The notes beneath the pieces were generated by a model, which saw only the letters and a list, made by a program, of their open reading frames with translations, had not been told where the DNA came from and made no database searches. Positions 21,601 through 30,931 of a DNA stretch of 64,000 nt are shown here, one piece after another. The stretch's first letter is position 1; each line of letters starts with the position of its first letter. Where the stretch lies: the NCBI GenBank assembly GCA_963803435.1, contig CAWDML010000011.1, positions 12,674 to 76,673 on the forward strand, given 5' to 3'. Source of the stretch: an uncultured delta proteobacterium. GTDB lineage: Bacteria > Myxococcota > Kuafuiibacteriia > Kuafuiibacteriales > Kuafuiibacteriaceae. Made by a program: the position numbers and the translations under genes.

Positions 21601-21661
21601 GACGGTGCAGGTGTTCTTCTTCTCGGCGATCTTCGAGCGGATCATGCGCCGCTCCGACTGA
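18608..21661 (+). CDS. Large hypothetical protein, helical N-terminus with about 6 C-terminal TM helices
   Basis: Uninterrupted ~1017-aa ORF with host-like codon usage; no motif recognised. Confidence 0.8.
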   Translation: MARSLDELEVAFCDEDTPTWTAAACEIGRRAVQEPRLIAFLKTWLESVQQSETNIHRFRHACCGLASYLSQAGADRAPFAETIALEIVGPLTFLAFRGLPEGAVIRDLAQLGLDQAFERWKQAQIEKRKKEIAKFERAGKAQALAANQQKLEMLEALSPESVLPPDFSPETKVHDHSPWALTSYFAGAASIAALMGLPLVPLVRGLCQIALERRNGGLPFVLNVPDMLRAIREETPADDWEAARALLVENVSPTWINERLHYNDYLLALASCCGEGAFAELWGRGVTKPEWLQADLAVLAAVGDAEAPRAAARIMRRIARELFSDDWRWHELDEGARFSLNVFTLLMIHGTDPLRGAGAGKRSSSLSVRHRLAILMKAIEASYHAREQVLPALVRCLKLLLDRELRARNKNEDLLELCARQVSMVRPLVAEWQLPGTMRKDLATIVCRILLAAYQNDRNVFVNLLYTVLFELPDEVLFRELIEYSTEEEVSSLVGDIVELIERWRRPPEKVGVIWDPSAMDRAYQPDLRAFGIYERFAAKLSAISGERKELVWVRHLPRLVAFLARVPLGYPLGEKVVTEPRTERDQLTLDATLFWMLRGKHQDVESWELDSPRGKVDRKGAQWAAQELKRRGDQKAREVYDRFQRTLDDVQLLETDCLPEAGRPRPSDDLVRQWRRLIAGLDSLSRLCDEELPYLERELCVHLLKERIENLEVRLHTLVRVLEKEEEEVAVEMLNGRVQRTVDDPGERLDFSQEDTNLIQDWMLDRYMIRELAKTLRLSALGMLTSAPFVAIWLMSPFLLAIVLNRLGLSRWSGVPFTAITLLDLVLVGLFFWEAQRSKTASAATGKFLLPQITAALFLGISELITNDESWAIANLEYPWVRIFTVVAFLLAGFFFTREVLLGDQLTSKADVHKKNERAGSVMALVLWQSSVLVGIFGILFGRVMGERMDMDLFRDAVMQFGAWLPLQVHVGRWFLDPATDLPMGGYQIYPWALMTWTVQVFFFSAIFERIMRRSD

Positions 21662-21705
21662 CGGTTGCGCACTCGGGGGTGATCGGGGAAGCTCGCCGCG
21701 ATCCG

Positions 21706-21972
21706 ATGGCCACGAATCTCTACATCGGCAACCTCGCCTACGATACCAATGAGGAGGCGTTGGCCGAGCTGTTCGAGTCCGAGGGCTACTCGGTCGTTCG
21801 CGTCAACGTCGCGAAGGATCGGGAGACCGGCCGCTCCCGCGGGTACGGGTTCGTGGAGCTCGAAGGGGTCGACGCCCGCCGGGTGATCGACGCGCTCGAC
21901 GGACGGATGCTCATGGGACGGGCGCTCAAGGTCGACGCGGCGCGCGATCGCGCCCGTTCTCGGGGTGATTGA
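21706..21972 (+). CDS. RNA-binding protein (single RRM)
   Basis: RNP2 LYIGNL and RNP1 RGYGFVEL. Confidence 0.92.
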   Translation: MATNLYIGNLAYDTNEEALAELFESEGYSVVRVNVAKDRETGRSRGYGFVELEGVDARRVIDALDGRMLMGRALKVDAARDRARSRGD

Positions 21973-22099
21973 GCGAGTGACGGCCCCCACTGGCCGTGGC
22001 TCTCGAGCGACGGCGCGTCGCTGAAACACGACAGATCTCCTGAGGATCCCGGCGATTCGACCCATCGCGGGCGAGGGCATGCACCTTGCTGCCCGGGCC

Positions 22100-22126
22100 T
22101 GTCACGCAACGCCGCGCCCGTCCGTC
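22100..22126 (+). promoter_or_regulatory. Putative ECF-sigma promoter
   Basis: TGTCAC-N17-CGTC, 40 bp upstream of an operon that encodes an ECF sigma factor. Confidence 0.5.
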
Positions 22127-22165
22127 ATAAAGGCGGCCCAGGCCGGCAACCAAGGGAGACAGGCG

Positions 22166-23149
22166 ATGATGTCGAGCGCTCTACTGGCTGCAGCTCTGGC
22201 TGCAGCGACGGCTCAAACGAAGCCCGAGGCGGTCGTCCTGACCTCGAGCCCGTTCATCACGCGCCCGGCGCTGACCTCGACCCGGACGGTCGCCATCTAC
22301 CAGTCGAACGCTGCCGTGAGGGCGCACCTCACGCAGCGGATCCGGGAGACCTGGGGTATCGAGGTCGACGCGACACCGCCCATCACGCCCACCGACGGCA
22401 CCTTCTACATCCACCTCGACTGGCCGAGCCCGCAGGAGGTGGTGGTCGGCGTCGCGCTCCCCGAGCAGACGCTCGCGGAGCGATCGATCGAGGTGGAGGA
22501 CCTCGACGCCACCGCCGCCACCGTCTGGTTGCTGGTGCAGTCGACGGTCGAGCGGGCGCTGCTCTCGCCCGCCGCGATCGCGAACGAGCAGCCGCCCCCG
22601 GCTGCGCCCGAGGCGCCGCTCGCCGTCGTGGAAGGGGCCGCCCCGATCGCGGGCCGCGGACCCAAGCGCTACGCCCTCAGCGTGATGGCGCTGACGAACT
22701 TCGATACTGGCGCCGGAGTCCAGGCGACGCCCTCGTTCCAGGGCCAGCTGTTCCTCCACCGGTGGTTGATTGTCGGCGCCGAGCTGAGCTTCCGCCACGA
22801 GTCGCGCACCGAGACCACGAACATCTATCATGTCCCGCTGACGGGGTTCGTCTCCGCTCATCCGTGGGAGGAGCTTCCGCTCGAGCTCGGATTGTTCACG
22901 ACGCTCGACGCGAAGGTGGTGTCACTCCCGAACAGCGGTGGCGGCATGAGCGCCGGCTTCTACGTGGGCCCGTTCGTTCGCGGTCGCTGGTCCTTCTATT
23001 CCTTCGGCAGCTCGTCGTTCTCGATCGTCGGTGACGCCGGGTTGGCATTCGCGCTCAAGCGCGACCGGTACTACGTGGGCAACGAGACGATGACCGACGG
23101 TGTGGTCGCGTTTCGGCTGGCCGGCGGATTGGAGTGGTCTTGGCACTGA
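22166..23149 (+). CDS. Secreted/outer-membrane hypothetical protein
   Basis: Signal peptide, C-terminal beta-strand region ending GGLEWSWH; first gene of ECF operon. Confidence 0.7.
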   Translation: MMSSALLAAALAAATAQTKPEAVVLTSSPFITRPALTSTRTVAIYQSNAAVRAHLTQRIRETWGIEVDATPPITPTDGTFYIHLDWPSPQEVVVGVALPEQTLAERSIEVEDLDATAATVWLLVQSTVERALLSPAAIANEQPPPAAPEAPLAVVEGAAPIAGRGPKRYALSVMALTNFDTGAGVQATPSFQGQLFLHRWLIVGAELSFRHESRTETTNIYHVPLTGFVSAHPWEELPLELGLFTTLDAKVVSLPNSGGGMSAGFYVGPFVRGRWSFYSFGSSSFSIVGDAGLAFALKRDRYYVGNETMTDGVVAFRLAGGLEWSWH

Positions 23150-23710
23150 TGGAGCTGTTTCGCCGGCCGACGCCGGAGCAGGTCGTCCGCGATCACAGCG
23201 CGGACGTGCTGCGACTGCTGCGGCGGATCTTCGGGCCCCACGCGGATGTCGACGACGTCTTCCAGGCTGTCTTCGTGGAGGTGATCCGGTCGCTTCCCGC
23301 CTTCAAGGGCGAGGCCAAGCTGAAGACCTGGATCCATCGCATCACGCTGAACGTCGCGTATCAGGAGATGCGGGTCCAGTACCGCGAGCGCGAGGTGCGC
23401 TCGACCGACGATCTCGACACCCTCCCGCTCGACGAAGAGGCGAGCGAGAACGTCTTCGAGCGCGCAGAGCAGCGACGGATCCTCTACGAGGGGCTCCGCG
23501 AGCTGTCGCCCAAGAAGCGCTTCGCCGTGATCCTGCACGACGTCGAGGGCTGCACGCTCAAGGAGATTCTCGGAGACCACGGGGCGCCCGCTGCAGACCG
23601 TCGCCTCCCAGGTCCGGGCGGGACGCGCCGAGCTCGCCGACTGGTTCGCCCGGCGCAGCACGCAAGAAGAGAGGCAGGCCCACGCGAAGACGGTGGGGGT
23701 GAAGCGATGA
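23149..23710 (+). CDS. ECF RNA polymerase sigma factor (frameshift at 23565-23569)
   Basis: DVDDVFQAVF, FKGEAKLKTWIHRI; removing one T restores region 4 KEISETTGRPLQTVASQVRAGRAEL and a stop overlapping the next ATG. Confidence 0.9.
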
Positions 23711-25107
23711 AGACCTCGTGCTTCAAGATCCGCGAGCACCTGCTCGACTATCACTTCGGCGAGCTCGACGGGCTCGAGGAGGAGCGCGTGCGGCTCCACC
23801 TCCAGAACTGCGACGAATGCCGGACGGTGGTGGAGCGCCTGGGACGGGCGTTCACCGCGGCCGTGGACTGGGAGCCCGAGCCCAAGCCGGGCGAGCTCGA
23901 TCGCCTGGTGGAGCGGCTGACGCCGTACCTCCAGCCAGAGGAGGAGGAGCGCGCCGAGAGCAGCGGCTGGTTGTTCGGCGTCGGCCTGGCGCTGGCGGCG
24001 GGGCTCGCGCTGTTCATGGTCTATTCGGCCTGGAAGGTGGATCGGCCGTCCTTCGAGGCGACGCCAGTCGCTGACCAGGGCCCCGAGAAGACGCTGCCGC
24101 TGGTCGAGGAGGTCGTGCGGTCGCAGCCGACCGAGCACCTCCGGATGGTCGCCAGCAAGGACTGGAACGGTGAGGTACGGCGGTCGAACGCCAAGGTCAC
24201 GCGTGTGTCGATGGATCGCGGCTTCGCCGTGATGGCGTTCGACGGTGGCGAGGGCCGTCGGTTGATCGTGGAGACGCCGGAGGCCGAGGTGGAGGTGGTC
24301 GGGACGCGCTTCTACGTCGATGCGCGGCCCGGGCTCGCCACCACGATCGGTGTGGTCGCCGGCAAGGTGGTCGTGAAGACCAACCACGGCCGGGAGATGC
24401 TGGCCTCGGGGACGGAGCGCGCGTACGGCAAAGACGGGCGCAAGGCGACGATCCAGCTGGCGCGGTCGAATCCGTTCCACTCGGACAGCTATCTGCTCGA
24501 ACAGGCCAAGCCAGCCGCAGCGCCGGCGCCTGCACCGATGATCGCGAAGAAGAGGGTCGATCGACGGCGCTCGAGCAAGCTCCTACCCCGCAAGGATCCG
24601 CCGAAGCACTACGAGCAGGCGGGTCGGTTCCTCGCGCCCTACCCGCCGGACGAGCCGCCGCCGGCCGCGGCGCCGGAGAAGGCGGCGCCCGATGCGGTCG
24701 AGGATCCCGACGCGCTCGATCCCACCAGCGTGCTGAACGAGGCCGATCGCCTGGTGCGCAAGGGCAAGTACGGCGAGGCCGTGACGCTGCTGGAAGGCGC
24801 GATCGACAGCGAGGAGCCGCAGGTCGAGCCGTTCCGCTCGATGCTCCGCTACGAGCGGGCGCGGATCCTGGTCAAGCAAGGCAAGCGCGAGTTCGCACGC
24901 GCCGAGTTCGGGCGCCTCACCCAGGCCAAGGAGGTGGAGGTGGCGAACCAGGCCAAGCTCTCGATGTGCGAGCTCGAGCTCGCCGACGATCCGTGCACCG
25001 CGGCGGCCTGCCTCCGCTCGATCGACTCGAACGAATCGAAGCAACTCCTGTCGCGATGGAAGCTCGATGAGCTTGATTGCGATCATCATAAAAACTCTGC
25101 GCCGTAG
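23707..25107 (+). CDS. Anti-sigma factor: zinc-binding N-terminus, TM, FecR-like domain, TPR-like C-terminus
   Basis: HLQNCDEC (HxxxCxxC), TM helix, VETPEAEVEVVGTRFYV FecR motif. Confidence 0.85.
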   Translation: MKTSCFKIREHLLDYHFGELDGLEEERVRLHLQNCDECRTVVERLGRAFTAAVDWEPEPKPGELDRLVERLTPYLQPEEEERAESSGWLFGVGLALAAGLALFMVYSAWKVDRPSFEATPVADQGPEKTLPLVEEVVRSQPTEHLRMVASKDWNGEVRRSNAKVTRVSMDRGFAVMAFDGGEGRRLIVETPEAEVEVVGTRFYVDARPGLATTIGVVAGKVVVKTNHGREMLASGTERAYGKDGRKATIQLARSNPFHSDSYLLEQAKPAAAPAPAPMIAKKRVDRRRSSKLLPRKDPPKHYEQAGRFLAPYPPDEPPPAAAPEKAAPDAVEDPDALDPTSVLNEADRLVRKGKYGEAVTLLEGAIDSEEPQVEPFRSMLRYERARILVKQGKREFARAEFGRLTQAKEVEVANQAKLSMCELELADDPCTAAACLRSIDSNESKQLLSRWKLDELDCDHHKNSAP

Positions 25108-25124
25108 CAACTCAGGTGAATAAG

Positions 25125-25754
25125 ATGCACTCGAAAACTCTGGCTCGCCCGCTCATCTCCTCTCTCCTGCTCGCGCTCCCCCTGACGGTTGGTTGTGTCG
25201 CAGAGTGGCACTCCGGCGAGGATCCCTTCTCGGACGACACCTCGGCGGCCTGCGACGGCCACGACGGCACCGATGCCGGAACCAACGACAACAACAACAA
25301 CAACAACGGCAACGACGACTGTCCCTCTGCGGAGGGGACGATCTACGTCGACACCAACACGGCCGTCTGCGACCAGATCGGCTTCACTTGTCCGGCCAAC
25401 TACACCGCGTTCAACGAGGTGGGCTGTGGGTGTGGCTGTGAGCCCATGGAGGCCGAGCCGCCGGTGTGCCCCGAGGACGATGGCGACGGCATCACGCGTC
25501 TGAGTCGCGATCTGAAGGTCTGCAACTCGATCACGTTCACCTGTCCCGAGAACAGCGATCCATTCAATGGAGCGTGCGGCTGCGGTTGCATCACGCAGAC
25601 CTCGACCACTCCGTCCTGTCCGGATCCGGACGCGATGAACGTCCACTACCTCGGCGACTCCGGCTCGGCGGTCTGCGAGATGATCCCGTTCACCTGCCCG
25701 GCCGGCTGCGTCCAGTTCAACGACGACTGCGGCTGCGGCTGCATCGAGCCGTAG
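25125..25754 (+). CDS. Cys-rich lipoprotein with three C-x2-I-x-FTCP...FN...CGCGC repeats
   Basis: Lipobox LTVGC, three repeats visible in translation. Confidence 0.8.
   Translation: MHSKTLARPLISSLLLALPLTVGCVAEWHSGEDPFSDDTSAACDGHDGTDAGTNDNNNNNNGNDDCPSAEGTIYVDTNTAVCDQIGFTCPANYTAFNEVGCGCGCEPMEAEPPVCPEDDGDGITRLSRDLKVCNSITFTCPENSDPFNGACGCGCITQTSTTPSCPDPDAMNVHYLGDSGSAVCEMIPFTCPAGCVQFNDDCGCGCIEP
25290..25307 (+). repeat. (AAC)6 microsatellite encoding poly-Asn
   Basis: Direct reading of the sequence. Confidence 0.9.
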
Positions 25755-25829
25755 CACGCCTGGAATTCGCGGGCACGGCGACAACCGCCCGTTGTCACGC
25801 TTCTCTTGGAGCAAGTCTCCTAGCTTCGC

Positions 25830-26926
25830 TCACTTCGACCGCACCTGGATCAGCCCCGCCTGCACGTCGCCGTCGACGCCGGCGCCCTCGAAGGCCGCAC
25901 CGACCGCGCCGTCGCCTTGGAGCTCGCGCGCGAAGAACGCCATCAGATAGCGAGCGGTGTAGTCGCGCACGACCGCGGGATCGGCGGTTCCATTGCCGCT
26001 GCACGCGAGCGCGCACCCGACGCAAGGCGAGGCAAAGTCCGTGTGGCCGGCGTTGACGGCCAGGAGCATCACGGAGGGGGAGGAGGCGAGGTTGTAGAGG
26101 ACCTCGCCGTTCGCGTCCGCAGGCGAGCAGCTCCCCGGAATCGAGGCGACGAGAAAGACCGTGGGGATCCCGACGTTCGCCACGGTCGTCTGGGAGTAGA
26201 CCCCGTCGTCGATGAACGTGACGTCGATGGTGTCGACGCCGAAGTAAGCCACCGCGCGTCCCATGAGTCCGGTCTCCGCTGCCAGGAGCGTCGCCTTGCC
26301 CCCACGCGAGTGTCCGGCGAGACCGAAGCGCGTCTCGTCGATGCGGCCGAAGAACGGGCTGCTCGGATCTTCGTTCTGCGCCGGGAGCCATTCCGTCGCC
26401 ACGTACACCAGCTCGTCGACCACCACCTGCGTTCCGGTCAACGGGCCCGGATCGTTCCGCGAGAGCACGACGATCCCGAACGAGGCGAGCCGCTGGAAGA
26501 ACATCGTATAGGACGACGCCGGCTGCTGTGTTCCCGGGCCGAAGAAGACGACGGGGCGCGGACCGGAGGTGTCGGGGAGATAGACGTGCTCGGTGAAGGT
26601 GCGCCCGCCGAAGGAGAGATTCGAAGCTGCTCGTCGAGAAGGTCTCGACGCCGTCACCGGCGTACGTGCCGGGAGAGGTGGCGCCGGCGTCGGGCTCGGC
26701 AATCGCTCCGTCCGATGGGGTGGAATCGCCGGGCGCCGCATCCTTCCTCTTCTATCCCCGCGTCGGGGTGACCGGTCTCGACGGCATCCGCCGCCTGGGC
26801 GTCGTCGTGAGCGGGCTCGGCTGCGTCCGCGGCCGCGGGGGTCGTGACGGGTGGTGGTGAACCGGGTTCGCGCGCGCACGCGGAGGCGAGCATCGCTGCG
26901 CTCACCACGAGGTGGAGTGATCGCAT
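25830..26926 (-). CDS. Alpha/beta-hydrolase lipoprotein, chlorophyllase/cutinase-like (frameshifts near 26745 and 26620)
   Basis: Lipobox LASAC in ORF starting 26926; RLASFGIVV, GHSRGG nucleophile elbow, AGHTDF. Confidence 0.8.
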
Positions 26927-27021
26927 CGGGGGGATGACATACGCCGGGGCTCCGCGGTCGATCCATGCGTCGGCCGGGCCTCACGTCCGTCTGAAGATCG
27001 ACCGGCGTTTGAGCGCGAACG

Positions 27022-27422
27022 TCACTCTGGCCAGACCTCGCTGACGGCGCGCGCCGGGCCGCTGACGCCGGCAGGATCCGGACAGGGGAGGCTGACGATC
27101 ACGCGGTACGTGATCCGGGTCGATGCCGAGATCGGGACCTCGGCGCCGCCGAGCTCGAGCTGGAAGCGGCCGCCCTGAAAGCCGAGGGGCTCGGTCTCGA
27201 TCCGGAAGTGGCCCGTCGAGCTGGTGACGGTGCGGCCGAGGAGCTGCGGATCCTCGCGGTCCTGAAGGTCGACCTGCAGGTTGGCGGCGGGGAGGGGGCC
27301 GGTGAGGCAGTGGTAGGTGGCGTCGCCGTAGACCTCGAGGCGCGGCGGCTCGAGCTCGGCGGAGGATCATGCCTGCAGGCGAGCGCAGTCAGGACGATCA
27401 GGACCGGGAGCGAACGGGTCAT
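27022..27422 (-). CDS. Small hypothetical lipoprotein (frameshift near 27363)
   Basis: MTRSLPVLIVLTALAC then, in a shifted frame, AELEPPRLEVYGDATYHC...LGRTVTSSTGHFRIE...WPE*. Confidence 0.5.
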
Positions 27423-28091
27423 TGGACCAGGGACTTGAGATCGAGCTGCGCCAGGGAGAAGTCGGGCTGCTCCTTCACGACCTCTTCGAGTCGCTTCTTG
27501 GCGGTGGCCTTGTCCTTCCTGTCGAGGGCGTCGAGAGCCTCGGAGTACTTCTTGGCGGTGCTGACCTTGAGCCGCTTGGGCGCCTTGGTCTTCGGCTCTC
27601 CCTTCGCGGGCGTGCCGCCGAGCTGATTCGTCAACACCTTGTCGAGGTCGCCCGAGAATCCTCTGCTGGAGATCGAGGAACTCGTCGGGCAGGGAGGTGC
27701 CGCCCACCGACTTGATGACCTTGCCCGTCTCGACCTCCACGACGCGGGCATCGACACGGAGCGAGCCCATGAGATCGAAGTATCCGCCGAGGACCATGTA
27801 GCGGGCGCCCAGCAGCTTGCCGATGCGGTTGGCGCTGCCCTTATCGATCTGCTTGGTCTCGTTCAGCTTCAGCTCGTCGAGGATCTCCTGGAGGCGATCG
27901 CGCTCGACGATCTGGAAGCGGTCGCTGCCGGAGAGATCGGAGATCAGCATCTGCGCCAGTCCCTTGCGGAGGAGGCCCATCTGATCGTCCTTACCTTGGT
28001 AGTCGAAGTAGAGGATGGCGACGGTCGGCTTCGCGGCCTGGGCGGCGGCGGGCGCGAAGAGGAGCGGTAGGGCGAGCAGAGCGGCGCGCAT
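27419..28091 (-). CDS. CsgG/HfaB (TolB-N-like) family protein (frameshift at 27656-27660)
   Basis: VAILYFD, QIVERDRLQEILDELKL, IGKLLGARYMVLG, DARVVEVETG. Confidence 0.82.
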
Positions 28092-28106
28092 GGGTGGGGC
28101 ATCGTA

Positions 28107-29423
28107 CTACGGCGGAGGCAGGTCGAGGAGCGCGGATTGCATGGGATCGACGGGGTCTTCGCCGATGATCATGACGAAGGGCTCGAGCGGTAGCTGCATG
28201 CGATCGGTCGAGAGCTTCCAGTAGAGAACGCCCGCCAGCATCCCCGGATGCAGGCTGCGTTGCACACGGCCGAGCGCGCGGACGGCCATGGCGCGCTCGG
28301 AGAGGTCCTGGGGCTCGTCGGCCCAGGTCACCAGCTCGTACCCCTTCCCGGAGCGGACGAGGGAGAAGCCGCGCTGGCTCCAGGGTTCGAGCGTCGAGCG
28401 GCGCCGGTACGTGTAGCCGAGCTCGGTGAACAGCACGCTTCGAGCGCCGAGCCCGCGGTCATGGCGGAAGCGGTCGATCTCGTCGAGCACCCGCGCCCAT
28501 CCGTACTCGAGGGTCGGCTCGTCGGCCGGGCCGAGATCGCTCCGCAGCGGGAAGTAGGCGTTGATGCCGATCAGATCGAGCTCGTCCCAGAAGCCGACGC
28601 GCCGGTACTGATCGAAGTTGGCCGCGTACGTGATCGTGCCGTGGTAGGCGTTGCGCACGGCGTGGATCAGATCCCGCCACTCCCGATCGAGCTGCCGCGC
28701 ACGTGCGTCGATGCGGGTGACGTCTCCGCCGAAGGTGGTCGACCGCGCCCACGCCTCCCAAACGGCGGCACGCTCGCGCGTGAAGGCTTCGGGGGTCTCC
28801 ATCTCGGACCCGCCCAGCGCGGCGAGGTGTCGCGGGAGGATGCGCTCGCGAAAGCGCGTCACCAGCGCGAGGTACTCGGCCTGCTGGGTGCGGGAGAGAT
28901 AGTAGGCCTCGAGCGGCGGCAGCCGATCGACCAGTGTGGTGGAGGCGAGCGCGTTCATCTCGCTGCCGACGGCGAGCACGTCGACGCCCTCGCGCTCGGC
29001 GATCTCGGCCCATCGTCGAGCGAAGGCACGATAGCGGCGGAACCACCCGGCGAGCGTGGGCTCGTCCTTCGGCATGATCATGCCGTGCCAGAGGTAGCGG
29101 TTGCGTGGGTACGCGTGATCGAGCGCGACCCGCAGCACCAGCACCACCGAGAGGCCGGCGCGCTTGGCCTCGCGGATCTCGTCGATCACCGAGGGTGCGT
29201 CCTCGTCCGAGAGATCGGCCGAGTCCCAGTCGCCCTGGCGGGCGTATACGGTGGTCGAGACGGTGTGGAGCCCGGCGCGATCGAGCGTGTCGATCCAGTG
29301 CCCGTGATCGAGCTCGTTCACCTGGATCCCGCCGAGGAGGAACGGCTCGGTCCTGGAGGCGGTTGATGCGTGCGAGCGGCTGCACGCCGCGGCCAGCAGC
29401 AGCATCGGGCCGAGCGAACGCAT
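28107..29423 (-). CDS. Glycoside hydrolase family 113-like lipoprotein
   Basis: WHGMI, LAVGSEM, ITYAANFD, FWDELDLIGINAYFPL, FTELGY. Confidence 0.8.
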   Translation of the reverse strand: MRSLGPMLLLAAACSRSHASTASRTEPFLLGGIQVNELDHGHWIDTLDRAGLHTVSTTVYARQGDWDSADLSDEDAPSVIDEIREAKRAGLSVVLVLRVALDHAYPRNRYLWHGMIMPKDEPTLAGWFRRYRAFARRWAEIAEREGVDVLAVGSEMNALASTTLVDRLPPLEAYYLSRTQQAEYLALVTRFRERILPRHLAALGGSEMETPEAFTRERAAVWEAWARSTTFGGDVTRIDARARQLDREWRDLIHAVRNAYHGTITYAANFDQYRRVGFWDELDLIGINAYFPLRSDLGPADEPTLEYGWARVLDEIDRFRHDRGLGARSVLFTELGYTYRRRSTLEPWSQRGFSLVRSGKGYELVTWADEPQDLSERAMAVRALGRVQRSLHPGMLAGVLYWKLSTDRMQLPLEPFVMIIGEDPVDPMQSALLDLPPP

Positions 29424-30838
29424 CAGACCCGCGCGTGATTGGTGATGGCGCGGGGATGCTCGCCCCGCCAGAGCTCGGCGCGATAGCGGCCGGGGCCGAC
29501 CGCACGGGAGAGCGAGACGTCGGTGTCGGCCGCCAGCGTCTCGATGACCCTACCGTTCTTGACGATGCGGAGCTCCGAGCCGGGCTCCGCTGCGAATGTC
29601 CGGATGGAGAGCGCTCCGGCGGCGGCGTCGAGCTCGATCAAGGGGCCTCCGGTCATCACCACCAGGCCGCGCTTCAGGCCCGCGAGGATGTCGGCCTCCA
29701 CGTCGCTCTCGGCGCGAACCGCGGTGAACGGCTCCTCGCCAGGGAACGGCGTCTCCTGGGCCGGACCGTGCCAGTCGCGGGCGGCCACGCCGGTGATCTC
29801 GTGGCCCTGGTCCCAGAAGCGATCCCAGAGCGCGAGCGCCGCGCGATCGTCGTGCTCGGGGTCGTGCCAGGTCCGATACCACACCTCCATCATGTCGACG
29901 GCGGCCGGGTCGAGGGCGACCTGGCGGCAGCCGGTGCAGATCGGATCGCCGATCTTGAAGGGGTGGGCCACCGACACGATCCCGCCCTCGTTGCGGATTC
30001 CATTGAATAGATCGGCGAAGTCTGCGCGACGCTCGCCGTCGTGCCAGGGCGGCGGCCACTCGATCCCGTACACCGGGTGGTGGCCGTGGAAGGTGGTGAG
30101 CTCGCAGCCGTGGAGCACCGTGATCGGAGGGTTCCGAACCTCGCCGAGCCCGCTGGTCGCGTTGTGATCGGTCAGCGCCAGGAAGTCGATCCCGAGGGCG
30201 TCGGCGCGCCCGAGGAGCTCCTCGACCTGATGCGCGCCGTCGCTGTGCACCGAGTGGCTGTGGAGCTCACCGATCCGCCAGCGCTCGCCGGCCTCGCCCC
30301 AGCGGCGGCGGAGGCGCTGACCTCGCGAGCGCCGGCCGTCGACGGGCGCTCGGAGAGCCAAGGCCGCGCCGGGCTCGACCGTCAGGCGGTAGGTGACGGG
30401 ATCGCCCAGCACGCAGTGGATCTCGACGGCGGCGGTCCAGCGGCCAGGCGTGATGGCCCCGGCCAGGAAGCCGTCGGACGCGCCGTGCTCGGAGAGCACC
30501 AGCGCAGCCCTCGAGGCGGGGTTGCGATCCCAGCGTCCGCGCCATCGCCCCGCCGGATCGATCAGGACGACGTTGAGAAGGTTGCTGACGCCCCGTCCCA
30601 GCATCCGCTCGCGCAGGATCTCGGCGAGCGCCCCACGCAGCTCGGCGGGGAACGTCGAGACGTGCTGGTCGATGGCGCCGGCGATGGCGGCGCGGGCCGC
30701 CTCGGCGCTGGTGCACTTGCGGGGCCCGTAGTCGAACGAGAGGTGCAGGGCCTCGGTCCCGGGCGGTACCTCGAACGTGTGGGGGAGAACCGTCTTCGAC
30801 CGCTCCGCGGCGACCTGCTGGCTGGCGTCCAGGAACAC
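29423..30838 (-). CDS. PHP-domain (CehA/McbA-family) metallohydrolase
   Basis: ELHSHSVHSDG, LALTDHN, ELTTFHGH, VAHP, DWH. Confidence 0.85.
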   Translation of the reverse strand: MFLDASQQVAAERSKTVLPHTFEVPPGTEALHLSFDYGPRKCTSAEAARAAIAGAIDQHVSTFPAELRGALAEILRERMLGRGVSNLLNVVLIDPAGRWRGRWDRNPASRAALVLSEHGASDGFLAGAITPGRWTAAVEIHCVLGDPVTYRLTVEPGAALALRAPVDGRRSRGQRLRRRWGEAGERWRIGELHSHSVHSDGAHQVEELLGRADALGIDFLALTDHNATSGLGEVRNPPITVLHGCELTTFHGHHPVYGIEWPPPWHDGERRADFADLFNGIRNEGGIVSVAHPFKIGDPICTGCRQVALDPAAVDMMEVWYRTWHDPEHDDRAALALWDRFWDQGHEITGVAARDWHGPAQETPFPGEEPFTAVRAESDVEADILAGLKRGLVVMTGGPLIELDAAAGALSIRTFAAEPGSELRIVKNGRVIETLAADTDVSLSRAVGPGRYRAELWRGEHPRAITNHARV

Positions 30839-30931
30839 GGCTACCTCTTTCTCGGGTGTGGACGCGAAGCGTCGCTTACCTGCGGAGAGTAAGGGACAGG
30901 AAGTCCACGCGGTCGAAGATCCACACTGGTC

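Noticed and set aside
23134-25107. Apparent 657-aa sigma/anti-sigma fusion
   Set aside because: Caused by the extra T at 23565-23569; the corrected frame gives sigma region 4 and an ATGA overlap
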